Assembly (NCBI GenBank): GCA_963665295.1
Contig: OY762209.1
Coordinates: 5,344,001-5,408,000 of the forward strand
Direction of reading: 5' to 3'
Origin: Syntrophorhabdaceae bacterium
GTDB taxonomy: Bacteria > Desulfobacterota > Syntrophorhabdia > Syntrophorhabdales > Syntrophorhabdaceae
DNA length: 64,000 nt
Shown here: piece by piece, positions 52,119 through 60,917 of the stretch
Numbering within the stretch: the first letter of the stretch is position 1
How the letters are laid out: each line of letters opens with the position of its first letter
Position numbers and translations under genes: made by a program
The notes under the pieces: model-generated
Databases searched by the model: none
Told to the model about the DNA's origin: nothing
Seen by the model: only the letters and a program-made list of their open reading frames with translations

Positions 52119-52994
52119 TCACTCGTCGGGCCGGTAAACCTTTTCCTTTCCGGGCCGGGAAGGCCCATCCGCCGACCGTCCTCCCTCCACAAACCAGTCT
52201 ATAAGGCTTCGCGCGATGCTTATCCGTCCCGGTATGAGGGGCAGGTCGTCCCGCGCAAACCATCCCGCATCCTCTATCTCCAGTCCGTCGATCTCGATCT
52301 CGCCGCTCTCATACTCCGCGGTAAAGGCGATCATGAGGGAATCGGGAAAGGGCCAGGGCTGGCTGCCGAAGTAATGTATGTTCTTTACCGTAATGCCCAC
52401 TTCCTCGCGGATCTCCCTTTTCACCGTTTCTTCAAGGGTTTCTCCCGGCTCCACAAAGCCCGCGAGGACACTGTACATGTTTTCGGCGAAACGGGTGGCC
52501 CGGGCAAGGAGGGCTTTGCCCTCCCTCTCCACGAGCACGATGACCGCCGGGGAGATTCGGGGGAAGCTGACATGTCCGCAACGGGGGCACTCTTTGGCGA
52601 CGGTCTCCGTCTTGTCCTCCGTTTCGGCGCCGCACCTGCCGCAATACCGCTCGTTTGCGTCCCATACCATGAGGTGCGCGGCACGCATGGCGACTTTGTG
52701 GAGGTTCTCTGCAAGGCGTCCGTAAAGATACCTCAAGCCCCTGTACGCCCCCCCTTCCGGCACCGCGTCATCCGCCGTTTCCGCACAATAGCAATGCCGT
52801 CCGTCAAGGGTCCCCACGTAGCGTTCCGTTGCGCCGCGGAGCCCCAGGTCTGCGAGGTCCCTTACAAAGGGCACGGAAGAAGAATTTCCTCCTCCCTCCA
52901 TAACCAGCATTTTACGGCGCCTGAATACGAACCACCAGGCTTCCTCGGACTTATCGGGGGGCACGCGCGTGGAAGATACGAAAGTGTCATTCAT
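52119..52994 (-). CDS. nudC: NAD(H) diphosphatase NudC
   Basis: CGRCG...CPRCG zinc ribbon, AGFVEPGETLEETVKREIREEVG Nudix box, SQPWPFP. Confidence 0.95.
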   Translation of the reverse strand: MNDTFVSSTRVPPDKSEEAWWFVFRRRKMLVMEGGGNSSSVPFVRDLADLGLRGATERYVGTLDGRHCYCAETADDAVPEGGAYRGLRYLYGRLAENLHKVAMRAAHLMVWDANERYCGRCGAETEDKTETVAKECPRCGHVSFPRISPAVIVLVEREGKALLARATRFAENMYSVLAGFVEPGETLEETVKREIREEVGITVKNIHYFGSQPWPFPDSLMIAFTAEYESGEIEIDGLEIEDAGWFARDDLPLIPGRISIARSLIDWFVEGGRSADGPSRPGKEKVYRPDE

Positions 52995-53169
52995 GGTCAC
53001 AAATTACATGGCCCGAAGGTAAAAGTCAAGCCTATGGCCGCGTCGGCCTCAAATAATCGATTCACAATCTAAACTATGTAATCTCGTATGTAAAAATGGT
53101 ACAATAACCCCGGGGAGACCTGTAAAGAAGGATACTGTACCTCTACCATGACCATATCGAGGGGGTAGC

Positions 53170-53934
53170 ATGCGCGTAATAGCATTTATCAACCAGAAGG
53201 GAGGCGTAGGAAAGACGACCGCTACCGTGAATGTGGGCCGGGGTATAGCGCTCCTCGGCAAGAAGGTAATGCTTGTAGATATGGATCCCCAGGCTCATAT
53301 GACCTATTCCCTGGGAATCCAGGCTCATCAACTCGCCAAATCCGTGTATGAACTCCTCAAAGACCAGGCTTCCCCTGCGGAGGTCATGGTCGATTCGTGG
53401 AACATGAAGGTTATTCCGTCCACTCTCGATCTCTCCGGAGCCGAAATAGAACTCGCCGGAGTACCGGGAAGGGAGTCGATCCTCAAAGACGCCCTCAAAG
53501 GAATAAAGGGGGTCGATTATGTTCTCATGGATTGCCCTCCGGGCCTCGGGCTCCTTACCCTCAACGCACTTACTACCGCCAAGGAAATATTCATCTGTCT
53601 CCAGGCGGAGTATCTCGCCCTGCAGGGAATGGGCAAACTCATGGAAACCCTGGACATCGTCAAGAGGAGGCTCAACAAGAACCTCACCGTCTCCGGGATC
53701 ATCTGCACAAGGTACGACAGAAGGAAGAAGCTCAACAAGGAAGTCGTTCAGAAGATAAGAGGCCACTTTGGAACTACCGTTTTTAAAACGATGATCAGGG
53801 ACAACGTTGCAGTCGCGGAAGCGCCGACCCAGGGTAAGGCCATTTTCGATTACGCCCCCAAGAGTCACGGCGCCGAAGACTATATGAGTCTATGCCGGGA
53901 GATACTAAGCATGGGGGAGGCTAATGGCAGATAA
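53170..53934 (+). CDS. ParA/Soj family ATPase (orphan)
   Basis: NQKGGVGKTT deviant Walker A, DMDPQ, DCPPGLG, AEAP; no ParB nearby. Confidence 0.94.
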   Translation: MRVIAFINQKGGVGKTTATVNVGRGIALLGKKVMLVDMDPQAHMTYSLGIQAHQLAKSVYELLKDQASPAEVMVDSWNMKVIPSTLDLSGAEIELAGVPGRESILKDALKGIKGVDYVLMDCPPGLGLLTLNALTTAKEIFICLQAEYLALQGMGKLMETLDIVKRRLNKNLTVSGIICTRYDRRKKLNKEVVQKIRGHFGTTVFKTMIRDNVAVAEAPTQGKAIFDYAPKSHGAEDYMSLCREILSMGEANGR

Positions 53935-54538
53935 AACGTTGATCGCAGACAGCAAGCTGAGCTGGATCAGGGATACGACAAGCGGGCCCGCTCCGACCAA
54001 GCGGGAACCCGATGAGCCGCCGAAGCAGCAACACGGCGGTACAAAGGAGCATGCCGCGAAGACCGAGGCAAAACCGCCCCGCCAGCCTCCCGCGGAGCAG
54101 CCGCCCGAACGTGCGGAAAGTCCGGAGCCGCCCCATGCGGCGAGACGCACCGCTCCCCAGCCCGAGCGGTCAACGGCAAACCAGGCCTTCAGGCCGGATA
54201 TGCGGCATGGCAGCGCTCAGGCCGGCCTCCACGGGTTCGATCAGGACGCGCGGCAAATGTCGGGATACCAGCCGCAGCCGCAGGGTGGACCGAACGTGGC
54301 CCCCGCGCCGAAGAAGCCGGGCATGATCCACTACTGGCTCGCCCTGGTCGCGCTGGCATGCGTTGCTATTACCGTGCCCGAACGTTATACCGTGCCGATC
54401 TTCCTCGGCTTCATATTCGTCATGCTCGCCGAAATATCGTACCGCCTCGGGCAGCAGTACTATCTGAACCGGCTGAACGCGGAAAACATGAACAGGATAC
54501 TGCGGTCTCTCGACAGGGACGACCGGGGGAACACATAG
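53924..54538 (+). CDS. Hypothetical Pro/Gln-rich protein with two C-terminal TM helices
   Basis: Overlaps the ParA stop by 11 nt, GGAGG RBS; low-complexity linker then WLALVALACVAITV and IFLGFIFVMLAEI. Confidence 0.7.
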   Translation: MADKTLIADSKLSWIRDTTSGPAPTKREPDEPPKQQHGGTKEHAAKTEAKPPRQPPAEQPPERAESPEPPHAARRTAPQPERSTANQAFRPDMRHGSAQAGLHGFDQDARQMSGYQPQPQGGPNVAPAPKKPGMIHYWLALVALACVAITVPERYTVPIFLGFIFVMLAEISYRLGQQYYLNRLNAENMNRILRSLDRDDRGNT

Positions 54539-54603
54539 AGGGACCGGAAATCCCGGTGCCCCGGTTCGAGCAGCTCAAAAAAACATACTTTAAAGAGGTC
54601 CAT

Positions 54604-55062
54604 ATGAAAATCGACTTTACCGAAGAACAATACGAGGTCTTACTGAAAGCCGTGTATCTCGGCAACTGGATGGTGAAGTCCACGGAGGACGACCCCTCCG
54701 ACACGGAATTCGATGCCATCGAGGCATATGTGCTCTCCAGGGCATCGGAGTTCGGTCTTGACCGGTATGCCGATTTCGACGAGGAAGAGAAGAAATATTT
54801 CCCTTCCAGGGAGCTCGAAGAGAGCGACGAACTGGACGGCTACATTCAGCGCTACGACGACTCCACCTTCTGGGAAAAACTGATTTACAACCTCGCCCGC
54901 CGCGACATGGACAGGAAGTACAGTGAGCGGGTAATCGCCGCCATGTCTCCCGAGGAACACCTCACCAAAGAACAGCCCTTCATCGAGAAATACGAAAAGG
55001 AGTTTGAGGAGTACGGTCTGAGGAACATCCTTATCAAGCCGCCCAAAACTACCGGCCATTGA
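54604..55062 (+). CDS. Hypothetical acidic protein
   Basis: Start MKIDFTEEQY after GAGGT RBS; 152 aa. Confidence 0.75.
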   Translation: MKIDFTEEQYEVLLKAVYLGNWMVKSTEDDPSDTEFDAIEAYVLSRASEFGLDRYADFDEEEKKYFPSRELEESDELDGYIQRYDDSTFWEKLIYNLARRDMDRKYSERVIAAMSPEEHLTKEQPFIEKYEKEFEEYGLRNILIKPPKTTGH

Positions 55063-55121
55063 CAACACGGGGCCCTGGCCCCATAATCCCCATAGAGACA
55101 TTGTAGCCCGAGGAGCGCGCA

Positions 55122-56378
55122 ATGCGGCGTACCGTATCGGTCAACCTGGGAAATATGGTTCTTTCTCTGTCCGATGCCATGGACCTCGCAAGTCCGGCCC
55201 TGGCGCAGCATCAGCAAAGGACCGCCTTCATCGTGTCGGAACTGGGGAGGGCCGCGGGCCTTTCCGAGGAAAGGCAGGAGAACGTCTTTATGGCGGCGCT
55301 CCTCCATGACGTGGGCGCCTTTTCCGTGGAAGAAAAGATTGCCCTCAGGACCTCGCGGTTCGAGGACCTGGAGGACCACTGCGTGAAAGGCGAGTTGCTC
55401 CTCGAGACGGTACCGTGGCTCACCGAGGTCGCGGCCATCGTAAGGTCCCACCACAAGCAGTGGCACTCCTGGGAGGAACCTATCGCGACGCCTGTCGTGT
55501 TCGATTCCCAACTGGTCTTTCTCGGGGACTACGTGGAGCGCCTGGTCAACCGGGGCCGGTACATTCTCCACCAGAACGACGATATCATCTCCACTACGGA
55601 GGGTCTTCGCGACTCTTCGCTCCACCCTGCCGTTCTGGAACTATTCCTCTCGGTCTCTTGCCGGGAAGAATTCTGGCTCGACTTGACCTCTCCCAGGCTC
55701 TATTCCCTCCTCCTTAATGAAGGCCCTTTCAGGAAGACGGAAATAGACCTTTCCAGAATATCGCTGGTGGCGGAACTTTTCCGGAACGTCATCGATTTCC
55801 GGTCACCTTATACGGCAACCCATTCATCGGGGGTGGCCGCCGCGTCATCCCTCCTGTCCCGCATATTCGGCCTCACGGAACTGGAAACGAAGTTGATGGA
55901 AGTGGCGGGTAATCTCCATGACATCGGAAAGCTGGCTATCCCCGGAAGCATCCTCGACAAACCGGAGCCCCTCACCGCCCAGGAGACGGCCATCATGAAA
56001 TCCCATACCTACTATACCTACTCTATCATCAACACGATCGGAGGCATCAGGGACATTGCCGAATGGGCCGCATACCATCACGAGAGGCTGGACGGCTCCG
56101 GCTACCCGTTCCATTGCAGCGCGGACGAACTGAGCACCGGTGCGAGGATACTCGCTGTCGCCGACATGTTCACCGCCCTTTCCGAGGACCGGCCATACAG
56201 GAAGGCCATGTCGAGGTCCGAGATCACGGGCATCCTCACGGACTTCTCCCGCAGGGCCCTTCTCGACCCCGGGGTAATCGGCCTGGTCCTCGAAAACTAC
56301 GACGAAATAGCCGGGTACGTACGGGAAAAGAAGGCCGAAGCAAGGCATTTCTACGACAGACGGTTTGCGTCGCCCTGA
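55122..56378 (+). CDS. Tandem HD/HD-GYP domain protein
   Basis: LLHDVG in a degenerate first domain; HDIGK and HHERLDGSGYPF, DRPYR in the second. Confidence 0.92.
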   Translation: MRRTVSVNLGNMVLSLSDAMDLASPALAQHQQRTAFIVSELGRAAGLSEERQENVFMAALLHDVGAFSVEEKIALRTSRFEDLEDHCVKGELLLETVPWLTEVAAIVRSHHKQWHSWEEPIATPVVFDSQLVFLGDYVERLVNRGRYILHQNDDIISTTEGLRDSSLHPAVLELFLSVSCREEFWLDLTSPRLYSLLLNEGPFRKTEIDLSRISLVAELFRNVIDFRSPYTATHSSGVAAASSLLSRIFGLTELETKLMEVAGNLHDIGKLAIPGSILDKPEPLTAQETAIMKSHTYYTYSIINTIGGIRDIAEWAAYHHERLDGSGYPFHCSADELSTGARILAVADMFTALSEDRPYRKAMSRSEITGILTDFSRRALLDPGVIGLVLENYDEIAGYVREKKAEARHFYDRRFASP

Positions 56379-56476
56379 CAGGCAGCCCGCCGAAACCCCG
56401 TCTTTCAGTGCTGCGAAGACCCGCCACTGAATCTTTCTGTTGCAACCAACCCCCGATTCGCGATAAAAGGATTGGG

Positions 56477-57124
56477 ATGAAACTACCGGACAAGTACAGC
56501 GACATCTTCGAGCGCACCTCCGCCGCCCGTCTTCACACGCTGACGGATTGTCTCTTCGCCCTGACCATGATCGCCATGTTCTTTCTGATCGACAGCCCTC
56601 CGGGCAATCTCCCCGATACGGACCAGGCGGTGCGCAAATACCTCTTCGGCCAGGCCGAGACCCTGTGGATCGCCCTTGTAACGTTCATGCTCATGGGCTG
56701 CTACTGGGTCTCCAATCACAACCAGGGCAGGTACCTGCGAAGCACCGATATGATACACACATGGCTCACCATCCTGTACCTCATGTTCATCGCCTTGCTC
56801 CCTTTTCCCAATGCCATGGCCATGAGATTCGCCCATTCCAGGACGGCCCAGATATTTTACAGTCTGGACCTGTTCTTCATAGGCGCCGTCTCCTATCTGA
56901 ACTGGATCTATGCGGCGGGAAACCGCCGTCTTGTGGAATCCGACCTCGATCCCGGGACGGTCCTGCGAATAAAACGGGAAACCCTCGTGGAGCCTTGCGG
57001 AGCCCTCGTGTCCATCGGGGGCGCCTTCATCAATCTCTACTGCTGGCAGCTTTCCCTCTTCCTCGTACCCGTCGCCTCCATCGTGGTGCGGAAAATATGG
57101 GGCAGATCAAAGCGCATGATATAG
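56477..57124 (+). CDS. TMEM175/DUF1211-like membrane protein
   Basis: RLHTLTDCLFAL (variant of RLEAFSDGVFAI), YWVSNH, LMFIALLPF; about six TM segments. Confidence 0.75.
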   Translation: MKLPDKYSDIFERTSAARLHTLTDCLFALTMIAMFFLIDSPPGNLPDTDQAVRKYLFGQAETLWIALVTFMLMGCYWVSNHNQGRYLRSTDMIHTWLTILYLMFIALLPFPNAMAMRFAHSRTAQIFYSLDLFFIGAVSYLNWIYAAGNRRLVESDLDPGTVLRIKRETLVEPCGALVSIGGAFINLYCWQLSLFLVPVASIVVRKIWGRSKRMI

Positions 57125-57212
57125 AAGGGTCAAACCGTTTCGTAAGGCCCGTGACATGGGAGGTATCCGCTGCATACTCCCGGTCTTAGGAGGATGGGAA
57201 CATGCCTCAGAC

Positions 57213-58544
57213 CTATGATTTCTTCTTGAAAACGAGCCTCAGGGGCGCACCACGGAATCCGAAGGTGGCGCGGAGCGAGTTCTCGAGATACCTCTTGTAG
57301 TGTTCCTGTATCAACTCGGGATGGTTGGAGAAAAGGAGAAACGTGGGAGGCAGTGTCTTGGCCTGATTCACGTAATTGATCTTGACTTCCGCATTCCGCT
57401 GGCGGGAGGGGTTCAGTTTCTGGTAGTAGATCTGGAACGCCCTGTTCAGCTTCGCCGTGTCGATCCTCTTCGTCAGTTGACCATATACTTCAAGGTCGGT
57501 TTCAAGTATCAGCCCGAGGTGCACGCCGGTCTTTGCGGAGGTGAAGATAACCGGGGCGAATGACGCATGGGGAATCTTCTCCAGGATCGCCTTCCTGTAG
57601 TCGCCCTGGCTCACCTTACCCTTGAGGAGGTCCCATTTGTTGATCACCACGCAGATGCCCTTGCCCTGCTCCGCAATCAAATGGGCGATGGACGCGTCCT
57701 GGTGGCTGAGCCCTTCCGCCGCGTCTATCACGAGGTTGACCACCGTTGCCCTTTCGATGCTGTTGAGGGCGCTCGACACGGAGTATTCTTCGATTTTGCC
57801 CGACACCTTGGCCTTCCGCCTCAGGCCCGCGGTGTCGATAAGGGTCACCTCGTTTCCCTTGAAGAGTATGGTGGTATCGATGGAATCCCGCGTGGTGCCC
57901 GCGATATCACTCACAATCATCCGTTCCGCGCCGAGAAGCCGGTTGATTATGGACGACTTTCCTGTATTGGGTCGTCCCACGACTGCGATCTTTATCCCTT
58001 CCGGGGCCGTCTCCTCTTCCTCGGCGCCTTCAGGCCGATCTGCCTCCAACTTCCGCGCCAGGCGCACCAGGTCCTCGAGGAGGTCCTCGAGCCCCGTGCC
58101 GTGGACGGCGCTCATGGTGTAGAGCCTTTCCATTCCGAGCCCGTAAAATTCGGACGCCTCGGGAACCTTCTTTTGCGAATCCACCTTGTTGACCACGTAA
58201 AAGACGGGTTTTTCATATTTCCTCAGTATCCGTGCTATCTCCGTATCCTGGGGAAGCATGCCGTCTCTCGCGTCCAGTATGAAGATGATCATGGACGACT
58301 CATCCATGGAGGTCTCGATCTGTTTCTTCACGAGGGGAAAGAAGCCTTCATCCTTGGAGGGCTCGAACCCGCCTGTGTCGACGAGGACAAATTCCTGGCC
58401 CGAGTAGTCGAATTCGCCGTAATTGCGGTCCCTCGTGACTCCGGGTATATCTTCGGTTATCGCTTTTTTATATCCTATCAGCCTGTTGAACAGGGTGGAC
58501 TTGCCTACGTTGGGACGTCCTACTATGCTTACAATGGGTTTCAT
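57213..58544 (-). CDS. der: Ribosome biogenesis GTPase Der
   Basis: Two G domains: GRPNVGKS/DTGG/NKVD and GRPNTGKS/DTAG/NKWD. Confidence 0.98.
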   Translation of the reverse strand: MKPIVSIVGRPNVGKSTLFNRLIGYKKAITEDIPGVTRDRNYGEFDYSGQEFVLVDTGGFEPSKDEGFFPLVKKQIETSMDESSMIIFILDARDGMLPQDTEIARILRKYEKPVFYVVNKVDSQKKVPEASEFYGLGMERLYTMSAVHGTGLEDLLEDLVRLARKLEADRPEGAEEEETAPEGIKIAVVGRPNTGKSSIINRLLGAERMIVSDIAGTTRDSIDTTILFKGNEVTLIDTAGLRRKAKVSGKIEEYSVSSALNSIERATVVNLVIDAAEGLSHQDASIAHLIAEQGKGICVVINKWDLLKGKVSQGDYRKAILEKIPHASFAPVIFTSAKTGVHLGLILETDLEVYGQLTKRIDTAKLNRAFQIYYQKLNPSRQRNAEVKINYVNQAKTLPPTFLLFSNHPELIQEHYKRYLENSLRATFGFRGAPLRLVFKKKS

Positions 58545-59710
58545 GGCGTGTCGCCTTTATATCTTAGGATGAGGCTCAGAATGAAGCCGGCGAGCGGTAA
58601 TACCAGAATTGTTTCCAGAGCGGCAGGTACGCCGAAATGGTCTGCAACGACCCCGAGCAACGTTACTCCTATGCCTCCTGTGCCGATGGCAAAGCCCACC
58701 ATAAGTCCCGACGCGACTCCGAGCCTGTGGGGCAGAAGCTTCTGCGCCATGACAACGGTAACGGAAAAGGTGGATATGAGCAGCATACCCTGAAGCCCAA
58801 GGACCACGAAGAGGAGATAGCTCTTCGCGATAAAGGGGACAAACATGAGAGGCAGCGTGGCCGTGGCAAGGAAGAGGGTGAGGCGAAGAAACGCCTTGTG
58901 GCCTATCCGGTCCGCAACGGGCGACCCTATAAGGGTCCCCAGCGCCCCGGAAGCCAGGTAGGTAAAAACGAGTTTTCCTGCAAAGAGAGGCTCCCCCTTG
59001 AGGTAGTCGATGTAATAGAAAGGAATGTAGGTGACCAGGCCCATCTGGGTCCACGTCCTTGCGACCACGATGGCGATCAGGGTACACAGGGAAAAATACG
59101 CGCCATCCCCGGCAACGGGACGGGCCGCCCCTTTATCTCCATGGGCCATCGCGGGGATTGCGACGGCCTTCCTGTTGAGAATGATGACAGCAGTCATGAG
59201 GAGGGCAGGTATGATGATGACGGGAAGAAAGGGCAAACCCAGATACTGCATGATATACATGGTAAAAATGGGACCGAGGGCAAGCCCGAGGTTACCTCCC
59301 ACGGAAAAGATGGACATGCCCGTGGCCGCCTTTTCTCCTGTGAAAAAATGAGCTGTCTTATATCCTTCCGGGTGATACGCGGCTATCCCGAGCCCGCTTA
59401 CCGCGGTGAGCACGAGCACCACGGGGTAGAATTCGGGTATGGAGAGGAACGAAAAACCCGCCCCCGCGCAGAGAAGACCGATAGGAAGGAGGATGGCCTT
59501 TTCCTTTTTGTCCGAGTAGAACCCGAAGAGGGGCTGGAGGATGGAGGAAGCGAAGTTGGACATGACCAGTATGACGCCCGCCATGGTATAGGTAAGGGAC
59601 AGCTTTACCTTGAGGAAGGGCAGCAGGGCCGGAAGCGCGCCCTGGTAGATATCGACCACAAGGTGGCCGAAGGAGAGGAGCACGAGCACCTTGAGGTCAA
59701 ACTTCTTCAT
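58541..59710 (-). CDS. MFS transporter (Fsr-like)
   Basis: GHLVVDIYQ, QPLFGFYSD, YHPEG, FSVGGNLG; about 12 TM segments. Confidence 0.9.
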   Translation of the reverse strand: MKKFDLKVLVLLSFGHLVVDIYQGALPALLPFLKVKLSLTYTMAGVILVMSNFASSILQPLFGFYSDKKEKAILLPIGLLCAGAGFSFLSIPEFYPVVLVLTAVSGLGIAAYHPEGYKTAHFFTGEKAATGMSIFSVGGNLGLALGPIFTMYIMQYLGLPFLPVIIIPALLMTAVIILNRKAVAIPAMAHGDKGAARPVAGDGAYFSLCTLIAIVVARTWTQMGLVTYIPFYYIDYLKGEPLFAGKLVFTYLASGALGTLIGSPVADRIGHKAFLRLTLFLATATLPLMFVPFIAKSYLLFVVLGLQGMLLISTFSVTVVMAQKLLPHRLGVASGLMVGFAIGTGGIGVTLLGVVADHFGVPAALETILVLPLAGFILSLILRYKGDTP

Positions 59711-60260
59711 TTTCAATTATCCTCTTGAACTTTAAGAGGATACGGCACGTAGCGCCCCAGATCCTTTCCCCCTGGTAATAAATGGAAGGTACCTCCTCCA
59801 TTCTCGTGCCTTTATATTCCGCCGTTTCCATCACGGGGACCGCCTCTTTGAGAAAATCAAAAGGCAGGTAGACCAGGTACGCCACCTCCCCGGGGCTCGT
59901 TTTGAAGTCGTAGGGATAAGGTATGATCCCCACGTAGGGCGTGATGACGAAACCCGTAAGGGTGACCATGTCGTCCAGTTTCCCGATGACCTCAATATCT
60001 TTCGCAGGCACGCCTATCTCTTCGCAGCACTCCCTCAGGGCCGTGTTCATAGTGGAGCCGTCATCATCCTCACACATGCCTCCGGGGAAAGAAATCTCCC
60101 CTTTGTGCACCCGCACCATGTCGCTCCTCCGGGTAAGCACGATATAGACGGTCCCATCTTTTTCAAAGATGGGGATGACGACCCCCGCGCATATGCCCTT
60201 GGCCGCAGGTATTTCTTTTGCCTGGTAGCCTCTCAGTTTCTCTTTAATCAGCGAAAGCAT
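59697..60260 (-). CDS. CoA pyrophosphatase (Nudix, NudL-like)
   Basis: LTRRS...HKGEISFPGG...ALRECCEEIG, IWGAT. Confidence 0.92.
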   Translation of the reverse strand: MLSLIKEKLRGYQAKEIPAAKGICAGVVIPIFEKDGTVYIVLTRRSDMVRVHKGEISFPGGMCEDDDGSTMNTALRECCEEIGVPAKDIEVIGKLDDMVTLTGFVITPYVGIIPYPYDFKTSPGEVAYLVYLPFDFLKEAVPVMETAEYKGTRMEEVPSIYYQGERIWGATCRILLKFKRIIENEEV

Positions 60261-60303
60261 CGTCTATTTTAACAGCTTGGCAGAATGAAAGCAAACAGTT
60301 AAA

Positions 60304-60722
60304 GGGGCTTGCGTCGCCCCCTCCACCGGCTGAGCCGGCAGAGCCTTCCCCTCGCGCTCACCTTGTGAGCTATTTGACCCTTGGACTTGGGGGCTTGCGT
60401 CGCCCCCTCCACCGGCTGAGCCGGCAGAGCCTTCCCCTCGCGCTCACCTTGTGAGCTATTTGACCCTTGGACTTGGGGGCTTGCGTCGCCCCCTCCACCG
60501 GCTGAGCCGGCAGAGCCTTCCCCTCGCGCTCACCTTGTGAGCTATTTGACCCTTGGACTTGGGGGCTTGCGTCGCCCCCTCCACCGGCTGAGCCGGCAGA
60601 GCCTTCCCCTCGCGCTCACCTTGTGAGCTATTTGACCCTTGGACTTGGGGGCTTGCGTCGCCCCCTCCACCGGCTGAGCCGGCAGAGCCTTCCCCTCGCG
60701 CTCACCTTGTGAGCTATTTGAC
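60304..60722. repeat. Perfect tandem array of an 86-bp unit (about 4.9 copies)
   Basis: Units start at 60304, 60390, 60476, 60562, 60648; unit GGGGCTTGCGTCGCCCCCTCCACCGGCTGAGCCGGCAGAGCCTTCCCCTCGCGCTCACCTTGTGAGCTATTTGACCCTTGGACTTG. Confidence 0.97.
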
Positions 60723-60855
60723 ACCGCCTGCCCACTCTTCCACCTTGGCGCTCTTTCATGTCTTCTGCAAATATTACACGCCGTCGGGCGCGGTAGGATG
60801 TGGGAAACCTGAAGTGTTTTCCAAAGAATTGTTGGAAAGAATCCTCATGGTTACC

Positions 60856-60906
60856 GCGTCGGCCCTCCACCGGCTGAGCCTTTTCCTCGCGCTCACCTTG
60901 TGAGCT
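60856..60906. repeat. Diverged, internally deleted solo copy of the 86-bp unit
   Basis: GCGTCGGCCCTCCACCGGCTGAGCCTTTTCCTCGCGCTCACCTTGTGAGCT. Confidence 0.9.
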
Positions 60907-60917
60907 GCGTGGTGAGG

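Noticed and set aside
60774..60848. 24-aa minus-strand ORF MRILSNNSLENTSGFPHPTAPDGV between repeat copies
   Set aside because: Very short, no clear RBS, no recognisable motif
60542..60870. Arg-rich ORFs overlapping the repeats
   Set aside because: Products of the 86-bp period, which shifts frame each unit and contains stops
60304..60906. CRISPR array
   Set aside because: Units are identical end to end with no unique spacers, and no cas genes are in the window
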